This document shows positions 28,233 to 37,196 of a stretch of DNA of 64,000 bases, piece after piece. Origin of the DNA: an uncultured Muribaculum sp. (GTDB taxonomy: Bacteria > Bacteroidota > Bacteroidia > Bacteroidales > Muribaculaceae); contig CAZELD010000001.1 of assembly GCA_964512855.1 (NCBI GenBank), positions 343 to 64,342 of the forward strand, given 5' to 3'. The position numbers were made by a program, and so were the translations under genes. Every line of letters starts with the position of its first letter. Position 1 is the first letter of the stretch. A model generated the notes under the pieces. It saw only the letters and a list, made by a program, of their open reading frames with translations. It had not been told where the DNA came from and did no database searches.

Positions 28233-29282
28233 ATGAAAGATCAGCAACCAACCGATGCTTCTATCATACTGACCTATCGTTGCCCAATGCAGTGTCGTAT
28301 GTGCAACATTTGGCAATATCCTACAGATAAAAAGGATGAGATTACTGTAGAAGACCTTAAATCTCTCCCTCGGCTAAAATTTATTAATTTGACCGGCGGC
28401 GAACCGTTTATAAGAGAAGATCTTCCCGAAATAGTCGAGGAGTGCTATCGTCATGCTCCGAGAATAGTCATATCCACTTCCGGGTGGTTTGACGATCGTG
28501 TGATAAAACTTGCCGAGCGTTTCCCTAACATCGGCATACGCATCTCGATAGAGGGCCTTAGCGGCAAGAATGATGAACTGCGCGGACGCAAAGGCGGGTT
28601 TGACAAAGGTTTGCGCACATTATTGGCTCTTAAATCAATGGGGATTAAAGATATTGGATTCGGCTGCACGGTTTCTAATAATAATTCTTCTGATATGCTC
28701 TCCTTGTATATGCTTTCCAAGGAGTTGGGTTTGGAGTTTGCCACGGCCGCATTCCATAATTCATATTATTTTCATAAGGATGATAATGTGATAACTAACC
28801 GGGATGAAGTAATAGGAAATTTTGAGCAGTTAATTGAGTGGCAGCTTAAGGAAAAACATCCTAAATCCTGGTTCAGGGCATTCTTCAATATGGGGCTTAT
28901 TAACTATATTGAAGGCGGCCGTAGAATGTTGCCTTGCGAGGCCGGAATGGCCAATTTCTTTATTGACCCGTGGGGAGAGGTGTATCCTTGCAACGGCCTT
29001 GAGGAAAAGTGCTGGAAAGAGTCTATGGGCAATATACGGAAAGATGACTTCATGACCATTTGGAACAGCGAGCAGGCTGAACGTGTGCGTGAAAAAGTGC
29101 GTAAATGCCCTAAAAAATGCTGGATGGTTGGAACGGCTTCACCGGTAATGAAGAGATATATACAACACCCGGCAAAATGGGCGTTGACCAATAAGCTCAG
29201 GGTGATGCGCGGACTAAAGCCCTGCATTGACAAAAAAAGGTATGATGTAGGACAAGATCCTCAGCAAGGTTGCGGCTTTTAA
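28233..29282 (+). CDS. radical SAM protein with SPASM/twitch-like C-terminal Cys-rich domain
   Basis: LTYRCPMQCRMCNIW (CxxxCxxC), GGEPF, and a C-terminal LPCEAG...GEVYPCNG...KCPKKC region. Confidence 0.8.
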   Translation: MKDQQPTDASIILTYRCPMQCRMCNIWQYPTDKKDEITVEDLKSLPRLKFINLTGGEPFIREDLPEIVEECYRHAPRIVISTSGWFDDRVIKLAERFPNIGIRISIEGLSGKNDELRGRKGGFDKGLRTLLALKSMGIKDIGFGCTVSNNNSSDMLSLYMLSKELGLEFATAAFHNSYYFHKDDNVITNRDEVIGNFEQLIEWQLKEKHPKSWFRAFFNMGLINYIEGGRRMLPCEAGMANFFIDPWGEVYPCNGLEEKCWKESMGNIRKDDFMTIWNSEQAERVREKVRKCPKKCWMVGTASPVMKRYIQHPAKWALTNKLRVMRGLKPCIDKKRYDVGQDPQQGCGF

Positions 29283-29303
29283 GGCTACATTTAAATTATA
29301 GTC

Positions 29304-30395
29304 ATGAAAATTGTTGTTACTGGCACAAGAGGCATTCCCGATATTCAGGGGGGAGTGGAGACGCATTGCGAGAATCTTTATCCGAGGCTTGCGGCCATGG
29401 GGCACGATGTGACTGTGATACGACGTTCATGTTATATAAATGATTCTAACCGCGTCTCGGAATATAAAGGGGTTAAACTTGTTGATGTGTACGCGCCCAG
29501 AAAAAAAAGCTTTGAAGCGATACTGCACACGGCTTTAGCTGTGATAAAGGCAAGAATGATGAATCCCGACATTTTGCATATCCATGCGGTTGGGCCGTCG
29601 CTGATGGCGCCATTTGCCCGTATGCTCGGATTGAAAGTTGTTATGACTAATCATGGTCCCGATTATGACCGTCAGAAATGGGGTAAACTTGCGAAAAGCA
29701 TACTTCGTGCCGGCGAAAAATGGGGAACCGGATGGAGCAATGGTGTGATTGTGATATCAAGCGTCATCTCCCGAATTCTAAAAGATAATTACGGACGAGA
29801 GGATGTGAATCTTATATATAACGGAGTTGATAAGCCTGAGAAGTCGACATCAACCGATTTCCTTGACAGCATGGGGATAATCCCGCATAAATACATCCTC
29901 GCATTAGGTCGGTTTGTGAAAGAAAAGGGGTTCCACGATCTTATTGACGCCTACTCTCGATTGAAGAGAAAAGATTTTCAACTTGTTATAGCCGGGGATG
30001 CTGACCACCCCGATCCTTACTCGACCGAATTGAAACGCAAGGCTGCTGAGGCCGGAGTGATTCTCACCGGCTTCATAAAAGGGGAGAAATTGAACCAACT
30101 GCTCTCCAATGCGGCTCTTTTTGTGCTCCCTTCTTATCATGAGGGGTTGCCGATCGCTTTGCTTGAGGCGATGAGTTATGATCTTGATGTGATTGTCAGC
30201 GATATTCCAGCCAATAAGCTTGCTGAACTTAATCGCGATGACTTTTTTAAAGCAGGAGACATTGAAGCATTAATAGAGGCGATTGAGCGGAAAATAGAAT
30301 CTTCGCATCCGCGGAAATATGATTTATCTGCATATAACTGGGAGCATATAGCCCGTCAGACTGAAAATGTCTATAAATCGGTTTTGGAGCATTGA
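29304..30395 (+). CDS. glycosyltransferase family 1/4 with DUF1972-type N-domain
   Basis: MKIVVTGTRGIPDIQGGVETHCENL N-domain and PSYHEGLPIALLEAMS C-domain. Confidence 0.8.
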   Translation: MKIVVTGTRGIPDIQGGVETHCENLYPRLAAMGHDVTVIRRSCYINDSNRVSEYKGVKLVDVYAPRKKSFEAILHTALAVIKARMMNPDILHIHAVGPSLMAPFARMLGLKVVMTNHGPDYDRQKWGKLAKSILRAGEKWGTGWSNGVIVISSVISRILKDNYGREDVNLIYNGVDKPEKSTSTDFLDSMGIIPHKYILALGRFVKEKGFHDLIDAYSRLKRKDFQLVIAGDADHPDPYSTELKRKAAEAGVILTGFIKGEKLNQLLSNAALFVLPSYHEGLPIALLEAMSYDLDVIVSDIPANKLAELNRDDFFKAGDIEALIEAIERKIESSHPRKYDLSAYNWEHIARQTENVYKSVLEH

Positions 30396-30438
30396 AAAGT
30401 TTGTCGTATATTTGTATAAATCATCGTTGAAACCATTT

Positions 30439-30906
30439 ATGAAACACTGTTATCTATTCATACTTTTGTTGTCGCTGATGGTGTCGTGTAAAAGTTCAAA
30501 TACGGCAGAGGAAGCTAAGTTATACGCCATTCAAGCTATTGAAAATAAAGATTATGTCTATGCGAAGCGTGTGTGTGACGAACTTTATACGTCGGCGCGC
30601 AATGACACAACTCCGGCTCGTGTGCAGTCCTTATGCGACTTGTCTTTGCTATATATGAAAATCGCTGATTGGAACGACTACGATACGAATATTGAAAATG
30701 CCGTGAAATGTTTTCGTGAGGCCTATGAGGTTGATTCAGCCGGGGCTGCGGCTTGTTACGACAGTATAGCTGTGGATGATATGGCTCACTGGGCGCTGAT
30801 GTCGTCGATTGTTGCCCGCTTGAATCAATCTGATGAGATCATTGATCTTGATGATGATGAGATGAGGTATGTTAATGAAGCCGACAGTAGCGGTATAATC
30901 CCATAA
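30439..30906 (+). CDS. helical lipoprotein, unknown function
   Basis: MKHCYLFILLLSLMVSC lipobox. ATG 30439 is preferred to the ORF-track start at 30367, which overlaps the preceding GT. Confidence 0.55.
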   Translation: MKHCYLFILLLSLMVSCKSSNTAEEAKLYAIQAIENKDYVYAKRVCDELYTSARNDTTPARVQSLCDLSLLYMKIADWNDYDTNIENAVKCFREAYEVDSAGAAACYDSIAVDDMAHWALMSSIVARLNQSDEIIDLDDDEMRYVNEADSSGIIP

Positions 30907-30920
30907 CGATTCTGTTATCG

Positions 30921-31262
30921 ATGAAAACCAATGATTTACAGTCGGCAATGGATGCTTTTCTGAAGAATAATCCTGATTTGCCTGAAGGAGAAGTGGTGAA
31001 TGAGCTTCCGGTGGATAAATCTGACCGGGATTTCCGCATGGATGTAGTATTGGAGAAAAAGGGGAGAGCCGGAAAGCAAGCAACTATAATTTGTGGCTTT
31101 CAGGGATCCGATGAAGATCTGCTTGACCTTGCCTCAATGCTCAAACGCAAGCTTGCTACAGGCGGATCGGCGCGCGGCGGTGAGATCCTGATTCAAGGCG
31201 ACAGGCGCAAAGAGGTGGTCGATATCTTGAAATCGCTTGGTTATAAAGCTCGCATAATCTGA
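30921..31262 (+). CDS. SUI1/YciH-family translation initiation factor
   Basis: GRAGKQATIICGF...GGEILIQGDRRKEVVDILKSLGY. Confidence 0.85.
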   Translation: MKTNDLQSAMDAFLKNNPDLPEGEVVNELPVDKSDRDFRMDVVLEKKGRAGKQATIICGFQGSDEDLLDLASMLKRKLATGGSARGGEILIQGDRRKEVVDILKSLGYKARII

Positions 31263-31269
31263 TTACGCA

Positions 31270-34200
31270 ATGCTTCAGATTCATAAGGCGTCGGCCGGTT
31301 CCGGAAAAACTTTCACATTAACCTATAACTATATAAAGTTGCTCCTTGGAGAAAAAGTATCTCCGGGAAAATATGTTTTATCGGAAGGGCGTAACCGACA
31401 CCGTTCTATTCTTGCCATAACATTCACCAATAAGGCCACTGACGAGATGAAACGCCGCATTGTGGCCCAGCTTGCGGCGCTCGCAGGAATAACCGGAAAA
31501 AAAAGCGACTATGCTAAACGTCTTCGCGCCGAATTTAATTGCGATGAGGATAAACTTCGTCAATATTCCCAACGAGCGCTCACGTCGCTTCTCGCTGATT
31601 TTACGAATTTCAATGTAAGCACCATCGATTCCTTTTTTCAAGTGGTGCTCCGCACATTTGCCCGAGAGGCTGAGCTTACCGGAAATTATGATGTGGAACT
31701 TGACGACAAAAATGCCGTGGCGATTGGCGTGAATGAGCTGCTTACCATGCTGAACCGGCTTTCACGCGCCGAGCTGAGGCATGATCCTGAAAAAAGGACG
31801 TTGGTGAGTTGGCTCACACGCTACATGAAAATCCGCATCGAGGAGGGAAAGACATTCAATATATTCAATCGCGGCTCTTCGCTGAATTCTGAGATTGTGA
31901 AGTTCATGCAGAATGCTTTTTCTGAAGAATATCGGTTGAATGTGGTTGAAATTGACAAGTATCTTTCCGGCTACGAGCATATCGTGAACTTCTCAGCGTC
32001 GTTGGCTGAGGCCAAGAAAAAACGGGGGGAGAACTTTGTCGCATACACCCGAGAGTGTTGCGCTTCATTGCAAGCTATGGGCGCGATGGACGCCATGATA
32101 TCCCATCTAAAGAAGAATTTGGAACGATGGTCTCAAGGGGAGCTTAGGATTACAGATTATGCATACGCTTGTATTCAGAATCCCGACAAGCGTTTCAAGA
32201 AAAAATATATGTCTTCTTGTGAAGTCGACGGTATTGTCGATGATTTACTGGCCGAGGCCGTAAGATTTTTCGGCGACATGACGCTCTACTGCCATCTTGA
32301 GAGTGAAATTTATAAACTCGGCCTTATCAGCGCCGTAAATCGGCAAGTGAATGAGTTGCAGAATGAGAACAACGCCATTCTGCTACGTGACACGTCCGAT
32401 ATTCTCAGCCGCATAATTAGTGAAGACGAGGCTCCTTTCATTTATGAACGTCTCGGTGTGAGGCTCAATCATTTTCTCATTGATGAGTTTCAAGACACCT
32501 CAAAATTGCAATGGAAAAATCTGAGCGCCCTTGTTCGTGAGAGTCTTTCTACTGAAAATGACAACCTTATTATCGGCGATGAGAAGCAATCAATATATCG
32601 GTTCAGAAACTCTGACCCCGACTTGCTGGTGAAGTGTGTGCCCGAAGAATTTTCCGGAAGCATCGAATTTCACGGCTCCATCCCTGAAGAGAACACCAAT
32701 TGGCGTAGCGCAGCCGCGATTGTAAAGTTCAACAACACGCTTTTCAAGCTGATTACCTCAGCGGTAGGGCTTGACGACATTTATGCAAATGTGGTGCAGG
32801 AAGTTGCGAAAAAGGATTTACCGGGATATGTGGTCGCTGCCCCTTACGATGATGACGAAGAGACGCTGTCTCGTATGGTCGAGGCGATTAAGCGGCAGTT
32901 GGGAGCCGGATATAAGCAAGGCGAGATAACGGTGTTGACAGCAACCCGGAATGAAGGGGCGCGAGTGGTCGATTACCTGCTTCAACGCAAGCTTGACGAT
33001 CCACAACTTGCGTCATTGCAAGTGATGTCGGAGGATTCGCTCGTAATAGGGAAGGCTCATTCCGTGCAGCTCATTATCTCCGTGATGAGATTTATTGATT
33101 CCTACAGAAGCCTTATTCCAACAGAAAACAATGATGCGCGGCTCACTGTCGCTGAATTTGAAAAACGCTTTAGATATTATTGTGTGTCGGGCATGGAGCG
33201 CGCTGATGCCATCGCCGCATCGTTGATTGGCGATCATGATGGTGTTTCTGACCTGATGATAGATGCCGCCGACATGGAGTGTGTCAGCCTGCCTTCACTT
33301 GTGGAGCGCGTCATCGCTCGTTGCGTATCACCGGAGCTTCGCAACGCTGAAAATGTATACATCAGCGCCCTGCAAGATAAAATCATTGACTTTTGCGATC
33401 GTCCGGGCGCCGATCTGCGTTCATTCCTGCGTTGGTGGGATGATGCCGGATGTTATGCTACGCTCGACACGCCCACTGAGGTGGACGCATTGAGGGTGAT
33501 GACGATACATAAATCGAAAGGATTGGAGTTCCAATGTGTTCATATTCCTTTCGTTGACTGGAATCTCACATCAGGGAAAGGGCTTATCTGGTTTGATTTA
33601 CGCCGGGATAGCGGTCGATTGGCGTGGGATCCTTTTGATAATGAATATTTTAACGAAGAGGATATTCCCCCATTGATGCCGTTGAATATTTCAAAAGAGT
33701 TGTCATCGACTGCGTTGTCCATTCAGTGTGAGGAGAATAGCCGAAAAGAATGGGTTGATACGATGAACCGTGCGTATGTCGCGTTCACCCGTGCGGTGCG
33801 TGAGCTTGTTATAGGCTATAAGTCACCCCCAAAGTCGGGGAGCATGACGAGCATCCCGGTATTGCTGGATTATGCTTTCGGCTGCGGCGCTCCCGACCTG
33901 TCCGATCGAGTTGTTGCCCTCTCTCCCGACGTTGTGATCTCTCTTAAAGATTTCCACGGGGTAGATGGCTCATTCTGCTATGGCGATCCAACCACACCGA
34001 TTGAAGACGGGAATGAGGCCGACAAGATTGCTGTGCCCGATTACTATTCTTACGACAACAATCACATCTGGGATATGAGCCGCATCGAGGATCTGACTGA
34101 TATGTCACGGCCTCGTCAACGAGGTATCGCCCTCCACGGCATCATGAGTCGCATCCGCACTGCGTCCGACCTCCCGCGGGCTGTGCGTCGAGCTGTGGCT

Positions 34201-34551
34201 ACCGGTATTCTTTCTGAGGAGATGTCGACGCAGTGTGAAACCTTATTGCGACGAGCGTTAACCTATGAGCCGGCACGCCGATGGTTTGAGAATACAAAGC
34301 GCGTATTGAACGAGCGCCCATTCATTGTCAGTGAAGATGATGAAATGAAGCGCTACCGTCCCGACAGAGTTGTATGGACCGCCGACGGAGCGATCGACGT
34401 GGTGGATTTCAAATTTGGCAAAGAAGAGCCTAAGAAATATTTCGATCAAGTGCGTCGCTATATGGACTACCTATCGGATCTTTTCCCCAACCAACCCGTG
34501 CGCGGCTACCTATGGTACCCCCTCGACACACGTGTCGAAGAAGTCCACTAA
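31270..34551 (+). CDS. AddA/RecB-like UvrD-family helicase with C-terminal PD-(D/E)XK nuclease
   Basis: Walker A ASAGSGKTFTL, motif II LIDEFQDTS, and a C-terminal RPDRVV...IDVVDFKFG...QVRRY nuclease signature. Confidence 0.8.
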   Translation: MLQIHKASAGSGKTFTLTYNYIKLLLGEKVSPGKYVLSEGRNRHRSILAITFTNKATDEMKRRIVAQLAALAGITGKKSDYAKRLRAEFNCDEDKLRQYSQRALTSLLADFTNFNVSTIDSFFQVVLRTFAREAELTGNYDVELDDKNAVAIGVNELLTMLNRLSRAELRHDPEKRTLVSWLTRYMKIRIEEGKTFNIFNRGSSLNSEIVKFMQNAFSEEYRLNVVEIDKYLSGYEHIVNFSASLAEAKKKRGENFVAYTRECCASLQAMGAMDAMISHLKKNLERWSQGELRITDYAYACIQNPDKRFKKKYMSSCEVDGIVDDLLAEAVRFFGDMTLYCHLESEIYKLGLISAVNRQVNELQNENNAILLRDTSDILSRIISEDEAPFIYERLGVRLNHFLIDEFQDTSKLQWKNLSALVRESLSTENDNLIIGDEKQSIYRFRNSDPDLLVKCVPEEFSGSIEFHGSIPEENTNWRSAAAIVKFNNTLFKLITSAVGLDDIYANVVQEVAKKDLPGYVVAAPYDDDEETLSRMVEAIKRQLGAGYKQGEITVLTATRNEGARVVDYLLQRKLDDPQLASLQVMSEDSLVIGKAHSVQLIISVMRFIDSYRSLIPTENNDARLTVAEFEKRFRYYCVSGMERADAIAASLIGDHDGVSDLMIDAADMECVSLPSLVERVIARCVSPELRNAENVYISALQDKIIDFCDRPGADLRSFLRWWDDAGCYATLDTPTEVDALRVMTIHKSKGLEFQCVHIPFVDWNLTSGKGLIWFDLRRDSGRLAWDPFDNEYFNEEDIPPLMPLNISKELSSTALSIQCEENSRKEWVDTMNRAYVAFTRAVRELVIGYKSPPKSGSMTSIPVLLDYAFGCGAPDLSDRVVALSPDVVISLKDFHGVDGSFCYGDPTTPIEDGNEADKIAVPDYYSYDNNHIWDMSRIEDLTDMSRPRQRGIALHGIMSRIRTASDLPRAVRRAVATGILSEEMSTQCETLLRRALTYEPARRWFENTKRVLNERPFIVSEDDEMKRYRPDRVVWTADGAIDVVDFKFGKEEPKKYFDQVRRYMDYLSDLFPNQPVRGYLWYPLDTRVEEVH

Positions 34552-34564
34552 CTCCATCGTCCAA

Positions 34565-36670
34565 TCAATCATCCTTCAATATATGACACCGCTTCTTTGC
34601 TTGTTGTTTTCGATAAGCGGATGGGGTCAGCTTTCGGGATGCTTTGAAACATTTTCCGAAGTAGTTGATGTCAGAGAAACCACATTCCACAGCGATATCG
34701 GTTATTGACATATTGGTTTCTGCAAGCATAGTGGCCGCTCGATTAAGGCGGCTCTCTTTTATGAAGTCGGCGGGTGTCACACCGAGCAGAGATTTCATTT
34801 TACGGTTTAGGCTACTGCGGCTTGTTGCAGTATGCGCCGCCAGTCCGTCAACGGATACGTCGGGATTTCCGATATTCTCGTTCACAAAGTCGAGCACTTT
34901 CTGCATGAATATTTTGTCTGCCTCATCCATTGACGCAGGAGCTTGTGTGTTTTCCTCTGTAGCGGTGTTGTCGGTTTCTACGGCAGGCCTTTCGATAAGC
35001 TTCATATAGGCGTCAAGTAGCTCGCGCTGTTTGCGTTTAATGCGTCGTCTGTAAATCGCAGTCGCCGCAATTGCGGCGATTAGAGCGATTGCGGCCAGGG
35101 TATACAGGCAATAAGCCGTCGGCGTTTCCCAAAATGTGGGGGTTACAATCAGAGTGATGCTTCTTTCTGAATCCGGACACGCTCCGGAGATGTCTGATGA
35201 ACACACGCTGAGTGTGTAGTTTCCCGGCGACAGGTCGAGGAATGCCACGGAACGGGTCGCGCCGAGGTTGTTCCAACCACTATTGTCAAGACTAAAGCTG
35301 TAGCGGATATTCTCTGCGGATGCATAGTTGAGCGATGCGAAGTTGATAGTAATATTTCGTTCGTTGGGTTGGAGAATTATAGTGTCGGTTCTTGCTGAAA
35401 TAAGGCTGTCAGGGCGATTTTGAAGTGACACAGATGTGAATACTACCGGGGGAGCTGCCGCTTTGTTGCGCGGAATCATATCGAAGTCGATTACTATAGC
35501 TCCTTTTTCAAGACCTATAAGCCACTTATTATCGGTTATATTCAGTGGACGCGCGTCGCTGAAATGCATATTTACATTCCAAAATGAAGATGGAATTGAC
35601 TGGATCTCACCGGTAAGTTGATTGATGTTATAAATGATGTTTCCTGCGATGACCCATACACTTCCGTTTCCATGGTCTATAGCGAGAGCGTAAGCCACAT
35701 CTCCGGGAGTGCCCGCTGATGAATTGAAATGAATGAACTCGGCATCCTCTTGTAGCGGGCTGCATTGTGGCCGCAGCATATTCACTCCATCGCTTTCGGT
35801 GGCTATGAATATACGTCCTTCGGCATCGGGAAGAACTTGCATTGTCGCCACATTTCCCAGCGATGATTCACGTCCGGGGCGAGTGGCGTGCATGACAAAA
35901 TCTATGTCAGAGAGCGTGTTGATGGTATCGGGGAGACGGAATGTGAGCAATCCGCCTGTCGTGGCGGCGCATAGAACCGAATCATCCATAATGTAGAGGT
36001 TGCGGACACGTCTTCCTGTATGGGGATACTCTTTGTGTTGAATCAGATGGTGGAATTCGAGATTCTCATCATTGGGACGAGGCGCGCAGTCGATGCCTCG
36101 GCTCATTGTGGCGAGCCATAAACGTCCCTCCCGGTCAAATTCAATGTCGTAGATGTCATTTCCTGCCGGACCGGAGGATGACAGGTTGTCCTCTTGTGAT
36201 TTGAAATTGTAAATGCGAAAATTGCCATCCGCTTTCGGAGTAAGCCTGAACAGACCGTCAGGTTTGCTTCCGAGCCACAGACAGCCTTGGCTGTCGAATT
36301 TCATGCTGTACACCTTCGCGCCAAACGCAGAGAATGATTTTTGCAACTTCCCTTGACTATCAAGATATAATGGTGGAGATGAAAGGCCGGCGTAACAAGC
36401 TATCGCTCCTACATCGCTTAAAGATACCCACACATTGCCTGATGAATCCATGCAAGAGGCTCTAACTATTGATGATTCCGATTCTGGAACTATTGAATAG
36501 GGCGAATCGCCGAGAGTGAGGCAATATGCTCCTGATCCGCTCCTAACCCAAATATTACCGCCGGAATCGGTTATGGCGCACGAGCACCTCCGGCTTGTTG
36601 TTGGCTGATATTGCCACTGAGTTCTTGTCGTAAGTCCACCAGGTTGATGCGGTCGACTTACTGCCGGCAT
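34565..36670 (-). CDS. membrane-tethered one-component sensor: beta-propeller/Y_Y_Y - TM - AraC HTH (HTCS-like without kinase or receiver)
   Basis: Propeller repeats (DSGGNIWV, DSSGNVWV, DSQGCLWLGS, DREGRLWLAT), a Y_Y_Y-type region (IRYSFSLDNSGWN...PGNYTLSV), one TM helix (YTLAAIALIAAIAATAIY) and a C-terminal AraC HTH (SITDIAVECGFSDINYFGKCFK). The first ~30 codons overlap the upstream ORF, and there is no signal peptide. Confidence 0.7.
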   Translation of the reverse strand: MPAVSRPHQPGGLTTRTQWQYQPTTSRRCSCAITDSGGNIWVRSGSGAYCLTLGDSPYSIVPESESSIVRASCMDSSGNVWVSLSDVGAIACYAGLSSPPLYLDSQGKLQKSFSAFGAKVYSMKFDSQGCLWLGSKPDGLFRLTPKADGNFRIYNFKSQEDNLSSSGPAGNDIYDIEFDREGRLWLATMSRGIDCAPRPNDENLEFHHLIQHKEYPHTGRRVRNLYIMDDSVLCAATTGGLLTFRLPDTINTLSDIDFVMHATRPGRESSLGNVATMQVLPDAEGRIFIATESDGVNMLRPQCSPLQEDAEFIHFNSSAGTPGDVAYALAIDHGNGSVWVIAGNIIYNINQLTGEIQSIPSSFWNVNMHFSDARPLNITDNKWLIGLEKGAIVIDFDMIPRNKAAAPPVVFTSVSLQNRPDSLISARTDTIILQPNERNITINFASLNYASAENIRYSFSLDNSGWNNLGATRSVAFLDLSPGNYTLSVCSSDISGACPDSERSITLIVTPTFWETPTAYCLYTLAAIALIAAIAATAIYRRRIKRKQRELLDAYMKLIERPAVETDNTATEENTQAPASMDEADKIFMQKVLDFVNENIGNPDVSVDGLAAHTATSRSSLNRKMKSLLGVTPADFIKESRLNRAATMLAETNMSITDIAVECGFSDINYFGKCFKASRKLTPSAYRKQQAKKRCHILKDD

Positions 36671-37175
36671 CGAACCCTGTCGTTCCGCCGTCGGTCGATA
36701 CTACCGCTTCAATGGACGATGCGGTGTTGTTGCCTGATGCCAAAGCATAATCTACTGATATATTCTTGTATCCGGTTGTCGGGAACTTCACTTCGTAGTA
36801 GACATTGTGTGTCGACGCATCCGTGTAATCGGTTATGTTGTTTGCTTCCGCGTTCTCTATTCGGAGGACTTTGTTGTTATAACCGTCGCAAATTTGCCAA
36901 TAACGGTTAGTTGACAATGCGCTCAACTGGTAGTCGGCCTTGTCACCGACACACTCATCGGGCAGGATTTTCGGAGATGTGTTGTTGAACCATGTTACTG
37001 GAATATCAGCTTGGTCTGATCCGTTGGGTGTAAGTTTTAGGATTTTACCCCCATCCTCGGATGTTTGTTCATAACCGCCTTCAAATGTCCATGCGGCCAA
37101 TGTGGTCTGTGCGAATACTGACAGTGGTAAGCTGCACAATATTGAGCATAGGCACGTTTTAATTAATTTGTTCAT
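36555..37175 (-). CDS. secreted beta-rich (CBM-like) protein, or detached N-terminus of the downstream sensor
   Basis: SPI signal peptide (SLPLSVFAQ) followed by an N/T/Y-rich beta-type domain. The last 116 nt overlap the sensor ORF in a different frame. Confidence 0.5.
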   Translation of the reverse strand: MNKLIKTCLCSILCSLPLSVFAQTTLAAWTFEGGYEQTSEDGGKILKLTPNGSDQADIPVTWFNNTSPKILPDECVGDKADYQLSALSTNRYWQICDGYNNKVLRIENAEANNITDYTDASTHNVYYEVKFPTTGYKNISVDYALASGNNTASSIEAVVSTDGGTTGFDAGSKSTASTWWTYDKNSVAISANNKPEVLVRHNRFRR

Positions 37176-37196
37176 TACGTGAATTATGATTTAAGA

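Noticed and set aside
16731-31504. In-frame A8/T8 homopolymers as slipped-strand phase-variation switches: GT 16731-16738, Wzc-like 19708-19715, licD 22174-22181, DUF1972 GT 29501-29508, addA 31497-31504.
   Set aside because: All are in frame. Runs of 8 arise easily from Lys (AAA AAA) codons in AT-rich genes and are short for efficient slippage. This cannot be evaluated without population or read-level length variation. It is only worth a look if deep read data are available.
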